Positions 43,055 through 56,370 of a DNA stretch of 64,000 bases are shown in pieces. Each line of letters begins with the position of its first letter. Position 1 is the first letter of the stretch. The stretch comes from Neocallimastix sp. 'constans' (lineage: Eukaryota), in contig JBODTK010000012.1 in NCBI GenBank assembly GCA_050613775.1, forward strand, positions 930,001 to 994,000, written 5' to 3'. Under the pieces are notes generated by a model, which did not search any database, was not told the DNA's origin, and saw nothing but the letters and a program-made list of their open reading frames with translations. The position numbers and the translations under genes are program-made.

Positions 43055-43677
43055 ATAAATTAATAAATAAATGAAATAAAAAAGAATAAAAATTTAAAAA
43101 ATAAAATAATATAAAATAATATGTAAAGAATAAAAAAATGTATTAAAATATGGTATAATTAAATAATTAAATAATAATTAATAGTAATAATAATTATGAT
43201 TATAAAATAATTCATATTATATATATATATAAAAGTTAAGTTTATAATATCTTATAAAACTTTTTTCCCCTTATTTTAATAAGTATTATTATAAAATAAA
43301 ATTATTTCATGATTTATAAATGATCATTAAAAGATAAAAAAGCTTTTTTGAATGCTCTATATATTATAATTATTATATTAATCTATTATATATAATTATA
43401 TATAATCAACTTTAAAAATGAACTATTTAATAACTCAAATATAATGTCCATTAATAAAAAATATATATATGAATATTAGTATTTATGTATAATTTTTAAA
43501 TTTTTTTTAATAATTTTTATATTAGATAATATTAGATTATATTATAATATTATATAAAATAATAATAATAATAAATAATAATTTTGTAGTATTCAGATAA
43601 AAATAAAATAAAATAATATAAAATAAAAAAAAATAAAAAATAAAATAAAAATAAAAATAAAAAAAAGAATAATTAAT

Positions 43678-43708
<31 letters not shown>

Positions 43709-44059
43709 TATATATCTTGGTGTAAATAAAATTAAGATCCTTTATTTCTTTGATTAATTTTTTTTTTTTTTTAATTTTTTTTATTTTTTTTTTTTTTTTT
43801 ATTGTTATATTTTATCAATTACTATCATATTAATATTATTATATTTACGATTTATTTATATTATTATATTATAATTTCATATAATAATGAAATTATCATG
43901 TAAAATAAAAAAGAAATATTTTTTGAAAATATATTACTATTAATGATAGTAAAAAAAGAGTTAAAATTAATTATAGTATTATTTATTCTATTTATATAAT
44001 TATTATTGTTATTATATCATAAATAATTCTTTTAGAATTTTAATAATAAAGATTTTATT

Positions 44060-44116
<57 letters not shown>

Positions 44117-44149
44117 TAAAAGATTATTATTATTTATTATAAATTTTTA

Positions 44150-44604
44150 TGATGGAGAATCCGGGCGAGTGCCCTGTAAAATTTTATGAAAATATTTAAG
44201 GATATTTTTTAAAAACATGTTTTATTTTGGTTTTAATATATAAGCTTTTTTTTTTACAACAAATTTAATAATAAAACAAATTACTTATGTTAGAGGCAGT
44301 AAAAGTTAAAAGGGATCTTACACGTTTGGAAGATTACAAGAAAAATATCTTAGAATGGATAGAAGACCTTAAGGCGTATCTACTTTTTTATGACATAACA
44401 GAACCACGAAAGGTATTTATGTGGGTATTAGCCGCTGTGGAGGACGATGTTCCATGCTCTTGCTACTAGAAGAAATGGTGAGGAACGCTACCCAAAATTT
44501 AGTGAAATACAAAAGACTTTGGAAAGATATTTAGAAAATAACTGAAGGTGACAAGTGGGCAGTCTTGAGGAATCTTACAATTTCAGAGGAGGAAACGTTA
44601 AAAT
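44150..44604 (+). mobile_element. LTR-retrotransposon relic: mutated tRNA-Ala-type PBS plus 5' part of gag, interrupted by a nested element
   Basis: TGATGGAGAATCCGGGC at 44150. The gag-like peptide (ILEWIEDL...ITEPRKVFMWV) is similar to the gag start at 45980. Confidence 0.6.
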
Positions 44605-47600
44605 TGATCATCATATTATTTAAATAAAACCTATTGCTTTATTATTACGCAATTGGAAAAAAAACCTTTACAACCGATATATTAAATGTGGCCATGATTA
44701 ATGTTATAAAGAAAAATAAAAATAAATTTTTATTGGTCATGGAAATTAAGCTATCTTTTATGAACAAATTTATAAAAAAATATACAAACTAATTTTAAAA
44801 AATACAGATCATAAAATACACAATAATTAATTATAAATAAATATTATTTAGTTAAATTGACAATTATTATTATTTATAATTAACCAAGAAATCATAGTTA
44901 TTAGTAAATAACTATGAATTCTTACACTATAGTCCGGAACTAGCTTATTTATTTCAAATAAGCATATAAAGAAATTAAAAAAAGAAAAAAATAATAAATA
45001 GTTATAATAATGAAATTATTTATAATAAAATTATTAATAATTTATAATAAAATTATTTAAATAAAAATTATTAACCTCAAATTATTTTAAATAAAATTAA
45101 TACAGAATTATTTAATTCTATATAAAGTTTGGATATAATATTTTAAAAAAACAACTTTTATTTCAATAAATTAAACTGTTTGATACAATAATAACTCATT
45201 ATTTTTATTGTTTTTTTCAAAATAGATTATTATTTTCTGTATTTTTTTTATAATGATAAACTCTTTATGAGAATATGATATTAATAATTTACTAGAATAA
45301 ATTATTTATTAATTGATAAATTAAAATATTATTAGAATAGATAGTTAAAATTTTAAATATAAATCATTAGTAATTATAAATATATTTTAGAATAGATACT
45401 TTAGAATAGGTTAATTTTAAAAATATATTAATATTAAAATAATATTTAGAATAGAATAATAAATAAATTCATATGTTTATATGTAATCTAATGCTCATGT
45501 AAAAACTATAAAAGGAAGAAATTTTCTTTCTATTGGGAAAGCGACAATAAAAAAAAAATTTATAAAATACTTTTATTTAAAATTGCATTAAACTTTATTT
45601 ATATTATTTAATATTGTGTTTTTAAAATATTGTATGTGCTTTGTGCCCATATCAGAAATTGGTGGAGAATCCGGGTGCACACACAAAAATATGAAGTAAA
45701 CAAATAAATCAATATTATATGTAATAAAATTTTTTTTATTTTGTTTCAGAGGAAACAAATATTTTAATTTTTTTTATATAAAGAAGTTTCAGAGGAAACT
45801 TAAATTTATTATTTTTATTACTTTTGAAAAACTTATTTTAAATTTATTTTTTTTTATTAAATCATTCATTTATATTTTTTTTTTAAAAAAAAAAGAATTT
45901 TTTTCCTTTAATATTATATTATGAAATAACTTTCTTTATAAAAAAAAAAAAAAAAAAGATTTTTTTTTTATATTTTAATATGAAAATTAGTGAAATCTCC
46001 TGTATGATTCCTAGATTAGGAAATCATGATAGGGATATTGAAAGTTGGGCAGAGGAGTTCCAAAGAAATATGGAACTTGCTTACATTGAGGAACCTAAAA
46101 GGATTTTCGCGTGGGTGAAAGAGTGCGTTCAGGGACGTCTTAAGGGTATACTTGAAGACCTCAAGACTATAGATGGTGATGACATCACTTATCCCCGGTA
46201 TTGACGAGATGAAAACGGCTATTGAGGATTATCTAGAAGTTACCCAACAAGAAAAATGCTTCAATTTAAAGGAGCTAAATATAAGAATAACTGAAACTAT
46301 TAGAGAAATTTTAATTGGAGATAAAAAAAAAACTTATATAATCCATTAAACCCTGAATCCAAAGAATTTATCACAATTATAGATTATTGTAATTCTATAT
46401 CAAGTAGACCTTTTGCCAGAACCCAAGTAATTACTTCTCAACCGGATACACTTGAAGAGGCACTCCAAATTGCTAAATTAGCCGAAAATGCAACTGAAGT
46501 ACCAAACATTCCGAAATAACATAATAATGACTCATATAAATGAAAATAATAGTTTTCAATACAATCCTTATTATATGCCCAATAGCTTTCCTTGTAACTT
46601 CTTACACAATAATCCTTATTATGACACCTTTGATAATAATATAAATCCCGTTCTTTATACTAATAATAAATCCTTAAATATTCCTAATAACAATGGAAAT
46701 ATGAATTTTAGATATAATAGAAAGTATAATAATAATAATAATAATTATTATAATACTTATTCTAATCTTTATAACAATAACCGATATAATCAAGGATTAA
46801 AACAATAACTATTCCCATTATGACCCTTATAACAATTACCATAATAACAGTTTTAATAATTTTGACAATTGCAATAGAAACAATTTCAATAATAACTATT
46901 TGAAATGATAATAATCTTAATAAGATTAATTCCTTCAATAATACGAAATATAATAGAATAGCAATAATAAACATTAATAATGAAAGATTCCTCACAAACA
47001 ATGTAAAACAATGATAGGAATTTGAATAAACAAGCCGAAAATAATAATCATAATAATGTTAATAATAGTAATTATAATAATAATAATAAAACATTAAAAT
47101 GTTTTAGATGCAATCAATTCTGGCATAAATTACAAGATTGTCCATATTCTTATCGTGAATTAGCCATAATGGAAAAAGAAAAAAAAACTTAGAATCAATA
47201 ATATTAATAATTACAATAAGCCTTTAAACTAATTAATGGGAAAAGGAACACTCCCAAAAATCAAACCGTTCACATCAACCCAAAATTCATACTATACAAG
47301 ACCCTTCTAAACAGGAAATTGTTGCTGCAGCCATTAGGAAAACAAAAAATAAAATTGACAACAAATTTTATCATCAAAAAACTACTAAAAAAAAACTTAT
47401 TATTAAACCGGCAACCTATTAAAATTCCTACTAATAATAATTCAATGGAAATGGAAAGGGATAACGTTACTAATAATAATAATGACAATGATAATTATGA
47501 TAATAACAGTACGATTAATTTTAGTAATAAAGATAATAATATTACCAACGACATCTATAATTCTAATATCCTTGGGAATACTGAATCCTTAAAAATTTTA

Positions 47601-48250
47601 GATTCATCTATTATTAGTCAACCTACTATTCAGAAAACAAAGCAAAAAAATAAAAAACAAAGACAAAAGAAATTATTGAATTAGCTAAAGAGAGAGAATT
47701 ACCTAGCCAAAAAAAAAACAAGAAAATAATGATATTATTAATAATAGTAATAATAATATAATAAAAAGGTAAAAATAATAGGTGATCAAAAACGATATGA
47801 TAGAGTACATGATGTAGGAGATACTGTAGCCAACATAACAATTGGATAGTTACTAGATTTGAATCCTAAAAAAAGAACTGAATTGTCTATATATTATCAA
47901 CTATTTAACAAGATAAAATAGTAAAAGCTCATGGATAAGTTGAAGGAGTTGATACAATTATATGTCTAGATTTATGTTCTAGCATTAACTTAATTACTAA
48001 AAAGTTTTCTAATAAAAAATAATATAAATATAAGTCCTTTATTATAGAAAAAAGAAACCTTCCTTCAAGCATTTAATAATGAAACCATAATTTCCAAACT
48101 TCTCAAGATTGGAATAATCATAGGAGATATTACTCTCAAAGAAATTTTCAGACTCATTAAAAAAGATGATATGTTTAGTGTATTAATAGGTGTTGATTCT
48201 TTGAGACATATGAAATTAATAATCGATTTTACAGACAATAGTTTTGAATA
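44605..48250 (+). mobile_element. Degenerate Ty3/gypsy-type element: putative 5' LTR (44605-45654), PBS, gag with CCHC knuckle, frameshift site, protease relic
   Basis: TGAT...ATCA-bounded segment and PBS TGGTGGAGAATCCGGG at 45660. Gag starts at 45980, with CFRCNQFWHKLQDC at 47100-47141 and TTTAAAC-TAA at 47223. Protease-like CLDLCSSIN at ~47960. Confidence 0.75.
45660..45676 (+). promoter_or_regulatory. Primer-binding site complementary to the 3' end of a tRNA-Ala
   Basis: TGGTGGAGAATCCGGG is complementary to ...UUCUCCACCA, the typical tRNA-Ala acceptor end, and lies just after a CA LTR end. Confidence 0.75.
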
Positions 48251-48253
48251 GTA

Positions 48254-48694
48254 AATATATAAACATTAGTATTAATAATATTTATAATATTTATATAATA
48301 AATAAATAATAAATGAGCTCTTATTGAATTTAATTATTATTGTAAATAAGTTGAAAGTTTATTGAATTAATTATTGTTTAATTTTAGTTAATTGTTATTT
48401 AATAAAATTATTAATTAATATTTTATTTATAAATAAATAGTAATATATGTAAATTAGATAGGAATAATATGTTATAATATAATCATGAAAAAATATAAAT
48501 ACATGTAAATTTTATCATTTAAATCGATGTATTAGTTATTGACTATTATATAGTTAATAACAAAGAAGATTTAAATATTAAAAATGAATAAAGAAAAATT
48601 TTAAAAGAAGAGAATTTTTTTGTGTTTTAATTTAAAAAATATTTTTGTGTTTATTTAATTATTTGTAATCTGTTTTATTATAAACCTTTTAACA
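48254..48694 (+). mobile_element. 5'-truncated LTR homologous to the solo LTR at 51942-52691
   Basis: Shared blocks AAACATTAGTATTAATAAT, TTAAATCGATGTATTAGTTATTGACTAT and TTGTAATCTGTTT; ends ...TTAACA. Confidence 0.75.
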
Positions 48695-49436
48695 ATATCC
48701 TTAACAATTTTAATTGTAAGGCAATGTACTACAATATTCGTTAGAGAATAATTGTACTTTGTGCTTTTTATCCATGACACCCTAATAGGTAAACTATGTA
48801 AAATGTAACCAATTTTTACTAATATTAACAATAATATTGAAAAGTAGATGGAAATGTTATTTAATTATAACAATTTATTTTAAAATATTTAATTTTCAGT
48901 TAATATATATTAAATTTCTTACAAATGGTAAATTATAAATTGTAAAACACAAAAAAAGAAAAAAAATTTTTTTTTAAAAATTCTTTTGTTGAAATAAATT
49001 ATTCTTTAAGTAAATATTTATTATATTAATTTTTCTTTTAGGTATTGGGAGTAATTATATACCTCTATATATTATAATATGTAATAAAATTATCTTTTAC
49101 ATATTAATATTAAATTGTTAATTAATTAGTATAGCTATTTTATATATTTTATAAATACTTAAAATTATTTTGTTAGGTAATTTAAATTTTATGATTATTA
49201 TTAAAAAGTATTAAGAGTAAAAAATGGTTTTATCATTTCTATTTAATTGTAAAATATATATATATATGAATAGATAATTTAGTCAGAAAGTAACACGAAA
49301 AGTGTGTAGCTTTTATATTATTATTAATTTTTAAATAAATATTTCTAAAAAACAAATTTTTTTTTATTGTTATATTTCTATTATTATTTATAATTTTATT
49401 TACAATTTTTGGAATTTATTATTATTTATCTCGAAT

Positions 49437-49802
49437 GGGAGAGTTGCATTTCCCCAAATTGCATTTCGCCAGGTTGCATTTCGCCAAGTGACTAGTATTA
49501 AAATGTTGCATTTCCACAAGTTGCATTTCCCAAAGTTGCTTTTCGTCAGGTTGCATTTCGACAAGTAGAGTATTGATATAAATAAATGAATAAATAAATA
49601 AATATTAATCCAAAATATATTTTTTTTTAAAATTGTTTTTATGCGATATTAATAATATTTAATTTTATTTATTGATTTATTTATTTATTTAATAATTTTC
49701 AATTTGGCGAAATGCCACATTTTTTTAATACGCCACATGCTTTCAAAAAAATTGGCGAAATGCAATCTGGCGAAATGCAATTTGGCGAAATGCCCCACAC
49801 CC
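49437..49802. mobile_element. Non-autonomous Mutator/fold-back-type MITE with 9-bp TSD
   Basis: GGG...CCC termini and a perfect TSD ATCTCGAAT (49428-49436 and 49803-49811). Subterminal ~15-bp repeats TTGCATTTCGCCA(A/G) on the left are inverted (TGGCGAAATGC) on the right. Confidence 0.88.
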
Positions 49803-50224
49803 ATCTCGAATCATAACAATTTTAGAGTATTTACTTTATTTGAATGAAATATCAAAAGATTAGATTAATACCACGTCAAAATATAAATTTGAATAAATTA
49901 ATTTTTTAATTAATTCATTGATTATTCGAATATTTAAAAATAATTATAAATCAATATTCAATATCAAAAATATAATTTGAAAGGACTTTTTATAGAATCA
50001 AATTAATTCAAGGATTAAACTATAAATAAATTATTATATAAGGGTTAATACTTTAGAAATATAATAAACGAACACTAATAAATATAATATATCAAATTTA
50101 TTTATTTAAAAATTAATTAATTATTAATTTATTCACTTATTTATTTATTTATTTATTATTTATAAAATAATAAGGTAATTACAACGTTATAAAATTAGGA
50201 TAAAATTAATGATATTTATATATA

Positions 50225-51440
50225 TGTTGTGACTTGATATTATATATCGTATGATCAAAACTATTTCTTATTTACATAAAAAATTGCGATTAAATTATAA
50301 ATTTATAAAAATAATTGCTATTACATTAATTAAATTACCAATTTCAATTTATTTATTTTTAATATTAAATTTTTAATATTTTTAAATCAATACTTATAAC
50401 ATTCCCCCCTCAAACTTATTTTTAATATGATTAAAATATTAGTTTGGAATTATTAATTTTTAATATTATTTTTAGTATTAGTATTTATTATTGTTTAAAA
50501 TTTACTATTTAATTTTCTTTTATTTATATTGTTATTATTGTCTATGTTATAATGGTAATTATGATAATTTTTGTGATTGATATTATTATTATTGTTATTA
50601 TTTATTTCGAATTTTTTTTGTTAAATTTCTTTATTTTACTTCCATTTTGTTTTTTTGTAAATGTATCAGTGAGCATTTCGTCGGTTGGGATATATTTTAG
50701 ATCTATTTTATTTTGATTAATAATGTCTTTGTTAAAATAATATTTTATTGAAATATGTTTTAATTTGCTGTTCAATCCACCGTTTTTTTATTATTTTTAA
50801 GCTTGATATATTGTCGGTGAATATTGTTATTTGTTGTTTAAAGTTAATTAATTCTTGTAGGATGTTTCTTATCCAAAGTACCTTTTTTACGTATTCGGAA
50901 GTGGCTATATGTTCGGCTTCAGTAGTATACATCTTGGATCCCCAGCATATTGAAGAATTTCCCATTAGTATTATGTGTCCTGAAGTAGATTTTCTATCCT
51001 CGAGATCTCCTATAAAGTCAGAGTCGGTGTATCCAATAATGTTCTCTTTTCCATTATATCTTAGCTTGTAATCTTTAGTAGCATTTAGGTATTTGAATAT
51101 ATTCAATACTTTGTTCTAGTCTGATACTGTACGAGATTCGTATTTTCCTGTTATTTTATGAACGGCGAAACTAATGTCTGGGAATGAAATTTTTGCGATT
51201 TAGATTAGCAATTCAATTGTACTTTTGAATATTGTTGTGTTAAATGGATTTTTGCTCTCTGATATTAGATTATCACCTGTACATGGTGTAGATTGTTTTT
51301 TTTTTTTTTGATATTTGTAATATTGTATTTTTCGAGTTACGTGTTTATTGTGTGAGTTTGGAATACTATATAATAATCGTTGTAATCTTTTTCTATTTTT
51401 ATTCCAAGTATGTACCTTAGAGGTTCATAATTTGAGAATT
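50225..51440 (-). mobile_element. Degenerate Ty1/copia relic (C-terminal RT, RNase H, PPT, probable 3' LTR)
   Basis: GYTDSDFIGDLEDRKSTSG and TTEAEH motifs. PPT GAGGGGGGAA followed by TGTTATAAG at 50401. The distal LTR end (~50225) is uncertain. Confidence 0.78.
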
Positions 51441-51446
51441 ATTATG

Positions 51447-51932
51447 TGATATAAAACAAATATGTGTAGTAACATATTTGTATATTTAATAAAAATTATT
51501 AAATATTAAATTTATATCTTTTTGATAATAATTGTTTTATTTTATTTAATTTCAATATGTATTATTATAATTATAATAATTATAATACTTTAATTCATAT
51601 AAAATTTATATAGTTCTATATATTAGAATATATAATTAATATATTACCTATTTCTTATAAATAGATTAAATTATTTATATTAGAAATAGAGAACTCTCTT
51701 GTAAAATTTTAGGAATTAGAATTATTATTTTAATTGTACGAAAATTATAATCTTATTAATAAAATTTACTAAACTACCATTATTTAAAACCCACTGCTTA
51801 TAAATTATTGTACATAAAAGTCCCGCATATCATATGCGATCACGTGATTATTATCAAAAAGATATAAATTTAATATTTAATAATTATTATTAAATATACA
51901 AATATGTTACTACACATATTTGTTTTATATCA
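51447..51932. mobile_element. 486-bp TG...CA element with 86-bp near-perfect terminal inverted repeats
   Basis: 51447-51532 matches the reverse complement of 51847-51932 at 85/86 positions. Confidence 0.8.
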
Positions 51933-51941
51933 TATTGTTAT

Positions 51942-52691
51942 TGTAAAGATTTAATAAAATCTTTAATAATTAATTATATAATAATTAATTAATGTAATAA
52001 AATTACATAAATTTATGATTTACATATATGAAAATTAATTATGAATTTATGTAAATTTTTCAAAAGGAAAAATTATTATGCAAATAATTTTGGATAATAA
52101 ATTTAATTTAAATAATTTATTTAAGTTAGTTAATTTAGTTTATTTAATTTAGTTAGTTTACTTAACTTAGTTAATTTAGTTTAAAATACTTAAAATTAAT
52201 TTCGGAATAGTTTTAAATTGTTAAAATTAGTTTAAATAGTTTATGAAAATAGTTTTTAATTGCAAATATAAAAACATTAGTATTAATAATATTTATATAA
52301 TAAATAGATAATAAATGAGTTCTTATTGAATTTAATTATTATTATAAATACGTTGAATTTTATTGAATTAAATATTGTTTAGTTTTAGTTAATCATTATT
52401 TAATAAATTTATTAATAAATATTTTGTTTATAAATAAATAGTAATATGTATAAATTAAATAGGAATGCTATATTATAATGTAATCTTGAAAAAATATAAA
52501 TACAGGTAAAATTCATTATTTAAATCGATGTATTAGTTATTGACTATCAAATAGTTAATAACAATAAGAGATTTATTTTTAATTAATAAAGATTATTTAT
52601 TAAAAAAGTGAATTTTTATATTACGAGTTATTTTTTGATTTAAGTGTAATATTTTGTTATTTGTAATCTGTTTCTATTAGAACTCTTTACA
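51942..52691 (+). mobile_element. Solo LTR (750 bp) with 5-bp TSD
   Basis: Termini TGTAAAGA...TCTTTACA (8-bp inverted) and TSD GTTAT at 51937-51941 and 52692-52696. Strand orientation is tentative. Confidence 0.88.
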
Positions 52692-53127
52692 GTTATTTTT
52701 GAATTTATCATCGTTATATTCAACACTATTAATGGAATAATCGTAATGATTGTAATAGAGTTCATGGAAGGAGACATAGTCATCATTATGTTTGATATTT
52801 TTTTAATGATCAAGTTTGTTTTTTGTATTTATATTTATGTTTCCCTTGATTGATTCTTTTTTTTTTTTTTTTTTTTTTTTGTAATTTTTTGAGTTTCTAA
52901 TTCTTTTGTTGGCCTTTGCGTTGAAATAACATTCGTCGGTCGAATATCCGTTGATTTTACATAGGTGGAAAAATTTCTTGTTGGAGAGATAAGATTTTGA
53001 ATTGTGCTGATTTTTATTACGATAATAGACGTGATTAAGATCATAATCAAGGTCCATACTGTCTTCTGGAGAATTTTGAATAAAATTGTTTAAATTGGTG
53101 AGTCTGTTGGATTTATTATTATATCTT
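52692..53127 (-). mobile_element. Copia-type gag relic with degenerate zinc knuckle
   Basis: FFHLCKINGYSTDECYFN resembles a decayed CX2CX4HX4C; same strand as the copia relic at 50225-51440. Confidence 0.6.
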
Positions 53128-53600
53128 TGTAAAGATTTAATAAATTTTTAATAGTTTAATTTTTCGTACAATTAATTTATTTAATGTATATGAATTTTTT
53201 TTTAATATAAAATTTATTGAAATAAAAATTTAATTATTTTTTAAATTGAAAATATTTTTAAATTAGTTTAGTTAGCTTAATTTAGTTAGCTTAGTTTAGT
53301 TTTAAATAGTTAAATATTAATTTAGGAATAATCTTAAATAGTTAATATTAATAAAACTAGTTTTTCAATATTAAATATATAATTAAAATTATTATAAGTA
53401 TTAAAATAATAAATAAAATAACTAGTTTAAAAAATTAATTTTAGTTTTAGTAAATTAATAAATAATAAAATTATTAATTGAAAAATCTTTTGTTTATAAA
53501 TAAATAGCTTTATACATATTATTAAATAGCATCATTTATTAATAATGTAATATGAAAAAATATAAATACATGTAATTTTTCTCAATTAAATCGATGTATT
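53128..53600 (+). mobile_element. 3'-truncated LTR related to the 51942-52691 LTR
   Basis: Starts TGTAAAGATTTAATAAA, shares AAAATATAAATACA and TTAAATCGATGTATT, then breaks off. Confidence 0.72.
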
Positions 53601-56370
53601 ATTTCTCCATTTTTTCAAATGCTTTTTCTCGCTCCTCCCGATAAATTTTAGAACTTTATCTGTTACATTAACGATGATTATGGAGTTAGCAATAGCCTCA
53701 TTGGCAATCGCCTCTTTTATAGCATTCTGTTGTTGAATTAATTGTTCTCGAATATTTTGAACATTGGCTTGAAGTTCCTGGGTTATTTTAGTTATTCTCT
53801 GCTTGAGCTTGTAGATTTTGAAGTTCATTATTTAACTAATTATAAACATTGGTTCGTTCAGCAATGATGTCGACTTATTTTAAACCATAAACTATTTTTT
53901 TTACTAGTACGAATTGTCATTAAACATCTTGATCTGACTAGATTAATCCAAAACATTAAATTTTTTGACATATCTTGTTATGAATATTAATGGATTTAAG
54001 ATTAAAATTCACTAACAGATCAATTGATATTAAATTTCATTGTTGACAGTTTTATTTAAAATTCAATTTTTACTATTAAAATAAATATTAGGCATATTTA
54101 ATATTTAGAAATTAGAAACAAAAGTTTTTTGACTGTTTTAATAAAGCTCTTCTTATATAATTTAACTTTAAGAAATTGATAAAAATAGAACGAAGAAAAA
54201 TTGCGATAACTCCACAAATAATGGTAAATTTCCGATTCATTAGAAAGCTACGATCAAGATCTATAGCAAATAATAATTTCAACTCATTTGAACTATTAAA
54301 ACACGGGATATTGAACTTTAAAGAAGAATATATAAAAAATAATTGTATTATTTAAATGGCCAATACATAATAAATTAATATTATATATATATATAATATT
54401 TAACTTAACCTTTATTACTAATTATTATAAACAAAATAAAAATTAAGTTATACAGAATTAATATTTAATAATAATCTATCATGTTTTAAATGATTTATTA
54501 GTTTTAGAAAAGTTATTGTAATAATTATTAGTAATTAGTCAAATAAATTATCTCTAAAAGATTCAAATGAATTCTTTACAATTCTAAAGATTTTAAAAAG
54601 ACTTTTAATTAGTTTTAAGATCTTAAATCGTTTTATTCGTAAATTAGTTTATTCTTAAATTATTTTATTTTTAAATTATTTTATTCTTAAATTATTTTAT
54701 TTTAAAATTATTTTATTTTAAAATTATTTTATTTTAAAATTATTTTATTAATAATTATATAATTTTAATTGTTATTATTAGTAAAATATCTTAACCAGTT
54801 TAATATACTCGAACTTTAAAAAACTCTATAAACTTGTTAGAATTTTAAAATAATTTAGTCTTAATGGTTACGTCAAGTTATAGTAATATTAACTTAATTT
54901 TTTTAATTATTAAATATTTAAATATTTTAAAGTCATTTGGTTATAAAATTTTTAAATATTTTAGCACTTGGTTTCGAACTAAAATCTCCACCATTACTAT
55001 GGTTGGAACTATCTTTTTTATCCTAATCTAGGTACAGATGTCTGCTTGAATCTTTCCTTCCAAGTTCCTTTTTTTTGGCTCAAAGACTTTCACCATTCCT
55101 CCTTCTTTTGGCTTCAATGTCCTTGGAGGGTTTTCGGAGATCCATCATGCCTAATAGAACCATACTGGCTATTTTACGCCTACCATTATATTTTTATCTT
55201 TCTAAAAATTCATCTTTGTAGTCGGTTGGGAAGGTATCGCACTTTCTTAAACACGCAACATAACCTTTCGGCGTTTTCTGCTCTGCATGTAAGTCATAAA
55301 AACTTGTCTGATTGAAGGTTTCACTGGCTACTTTTGCAGCAATCTTTTTGAATCGTTGGTGAGCTTCAGAATCCTGCTTAATCTGTAGAACTCAGAGAGG
55401 TACTCGTAGGTCTTTTCCCCAGTCATGCCTAAGTTTAAGCATAGCACTCTTCGCCTGATTTAGAGTTCGGTCACTCTTAAATTCTTGTTTCAACCTGTCC
55501 ATTAACCTATGTAGTTGTGGATCATTTCGTTATTTGAAAATATCAGCTTTCTGGTACCACTTTTTAGCAGTTCCTTATAAGTGGTTCTCAATGAAGTACA
55601 ATATAGAGGTAGGCTCGGATTGATAGTAACTCTGGTGTATATCAAAGTATCGGTTTAGCCTATCGAAAAATGATTCTACATCCCATGTTTTACCATTAAT
55701 TGTCAGGATATCTCTTTCGTACTCCATGAGGAACTCATCAATTGTCACAACGTCTTCTCTAAGCATTTCTTCTATTTCTCATTCCCTTGAGATCCACAAG
55801 CAATTAATTCCAGTTTGATTCAGCTCATTTAATTTTTCAATTTTTTCTTCCAATTTTTTGCGGTACCAACTGTTCTTTTCCTTGGTTCTCTTTAAAGAAA
55901 TCTTCTAATTTAAGAATTTCTTGACCATTTTCTTCGAGCTCTTTTTGGTATATCGTTCCTATTTCTTGGTCCTCATCCAGGTGGGTTTCTATTTTATGTA
56001 TTTCTTATTCCACAACTACTTCTTTGCTTATTCCTGCTGTCATCTGCTATTACAGGGATTCCTCAACTTTTTGAAGTTCAGCCACACTAGTTTGACTCCT
56101 AGTTTCATCATCTGCCACTCTTTGTTCCACTTCACCAAACTGTTCGTCTACATCCAGATGAAGATATTCAGCTCAGCCTCAATTTTTGAATTTTTGATTT
56201 TGCATTACGTTTATCCGGGATATCATTTCTTGTTAGCTACAAAGCAACATGGTTTATAACTCTTCCATCCGCTTGTTAATCAAGACAGTAAAATCTATAG
56301 CTACAGGAGCTCTGACTATGAGCTATTTCTAGTTTACCATATGCGCCACATTTTCTTCTTGGGAGACAGT
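53601..56370 (-). mobile_element. Degenerate gag-like retroelement fragments, with a possible tRNA-Ala-type PBS (TGGTGGAGA) at 54992-54984
   Basis: Interrupted coiled-coil/gag-like peptides (53601-53830; 55000-56350) and TCTCCACCA on the plus strand. No pol motif seen. Confidence 0.45.

Noticed and set aside
54970..54992. tRNA gene (TTCGAA...TCTCCACCA)
   Set aside because: No cloverleaf upstream, and an encoded CCA is not expected in a eukaryotic tRNA gene. Better read as a possible primer-binding site.
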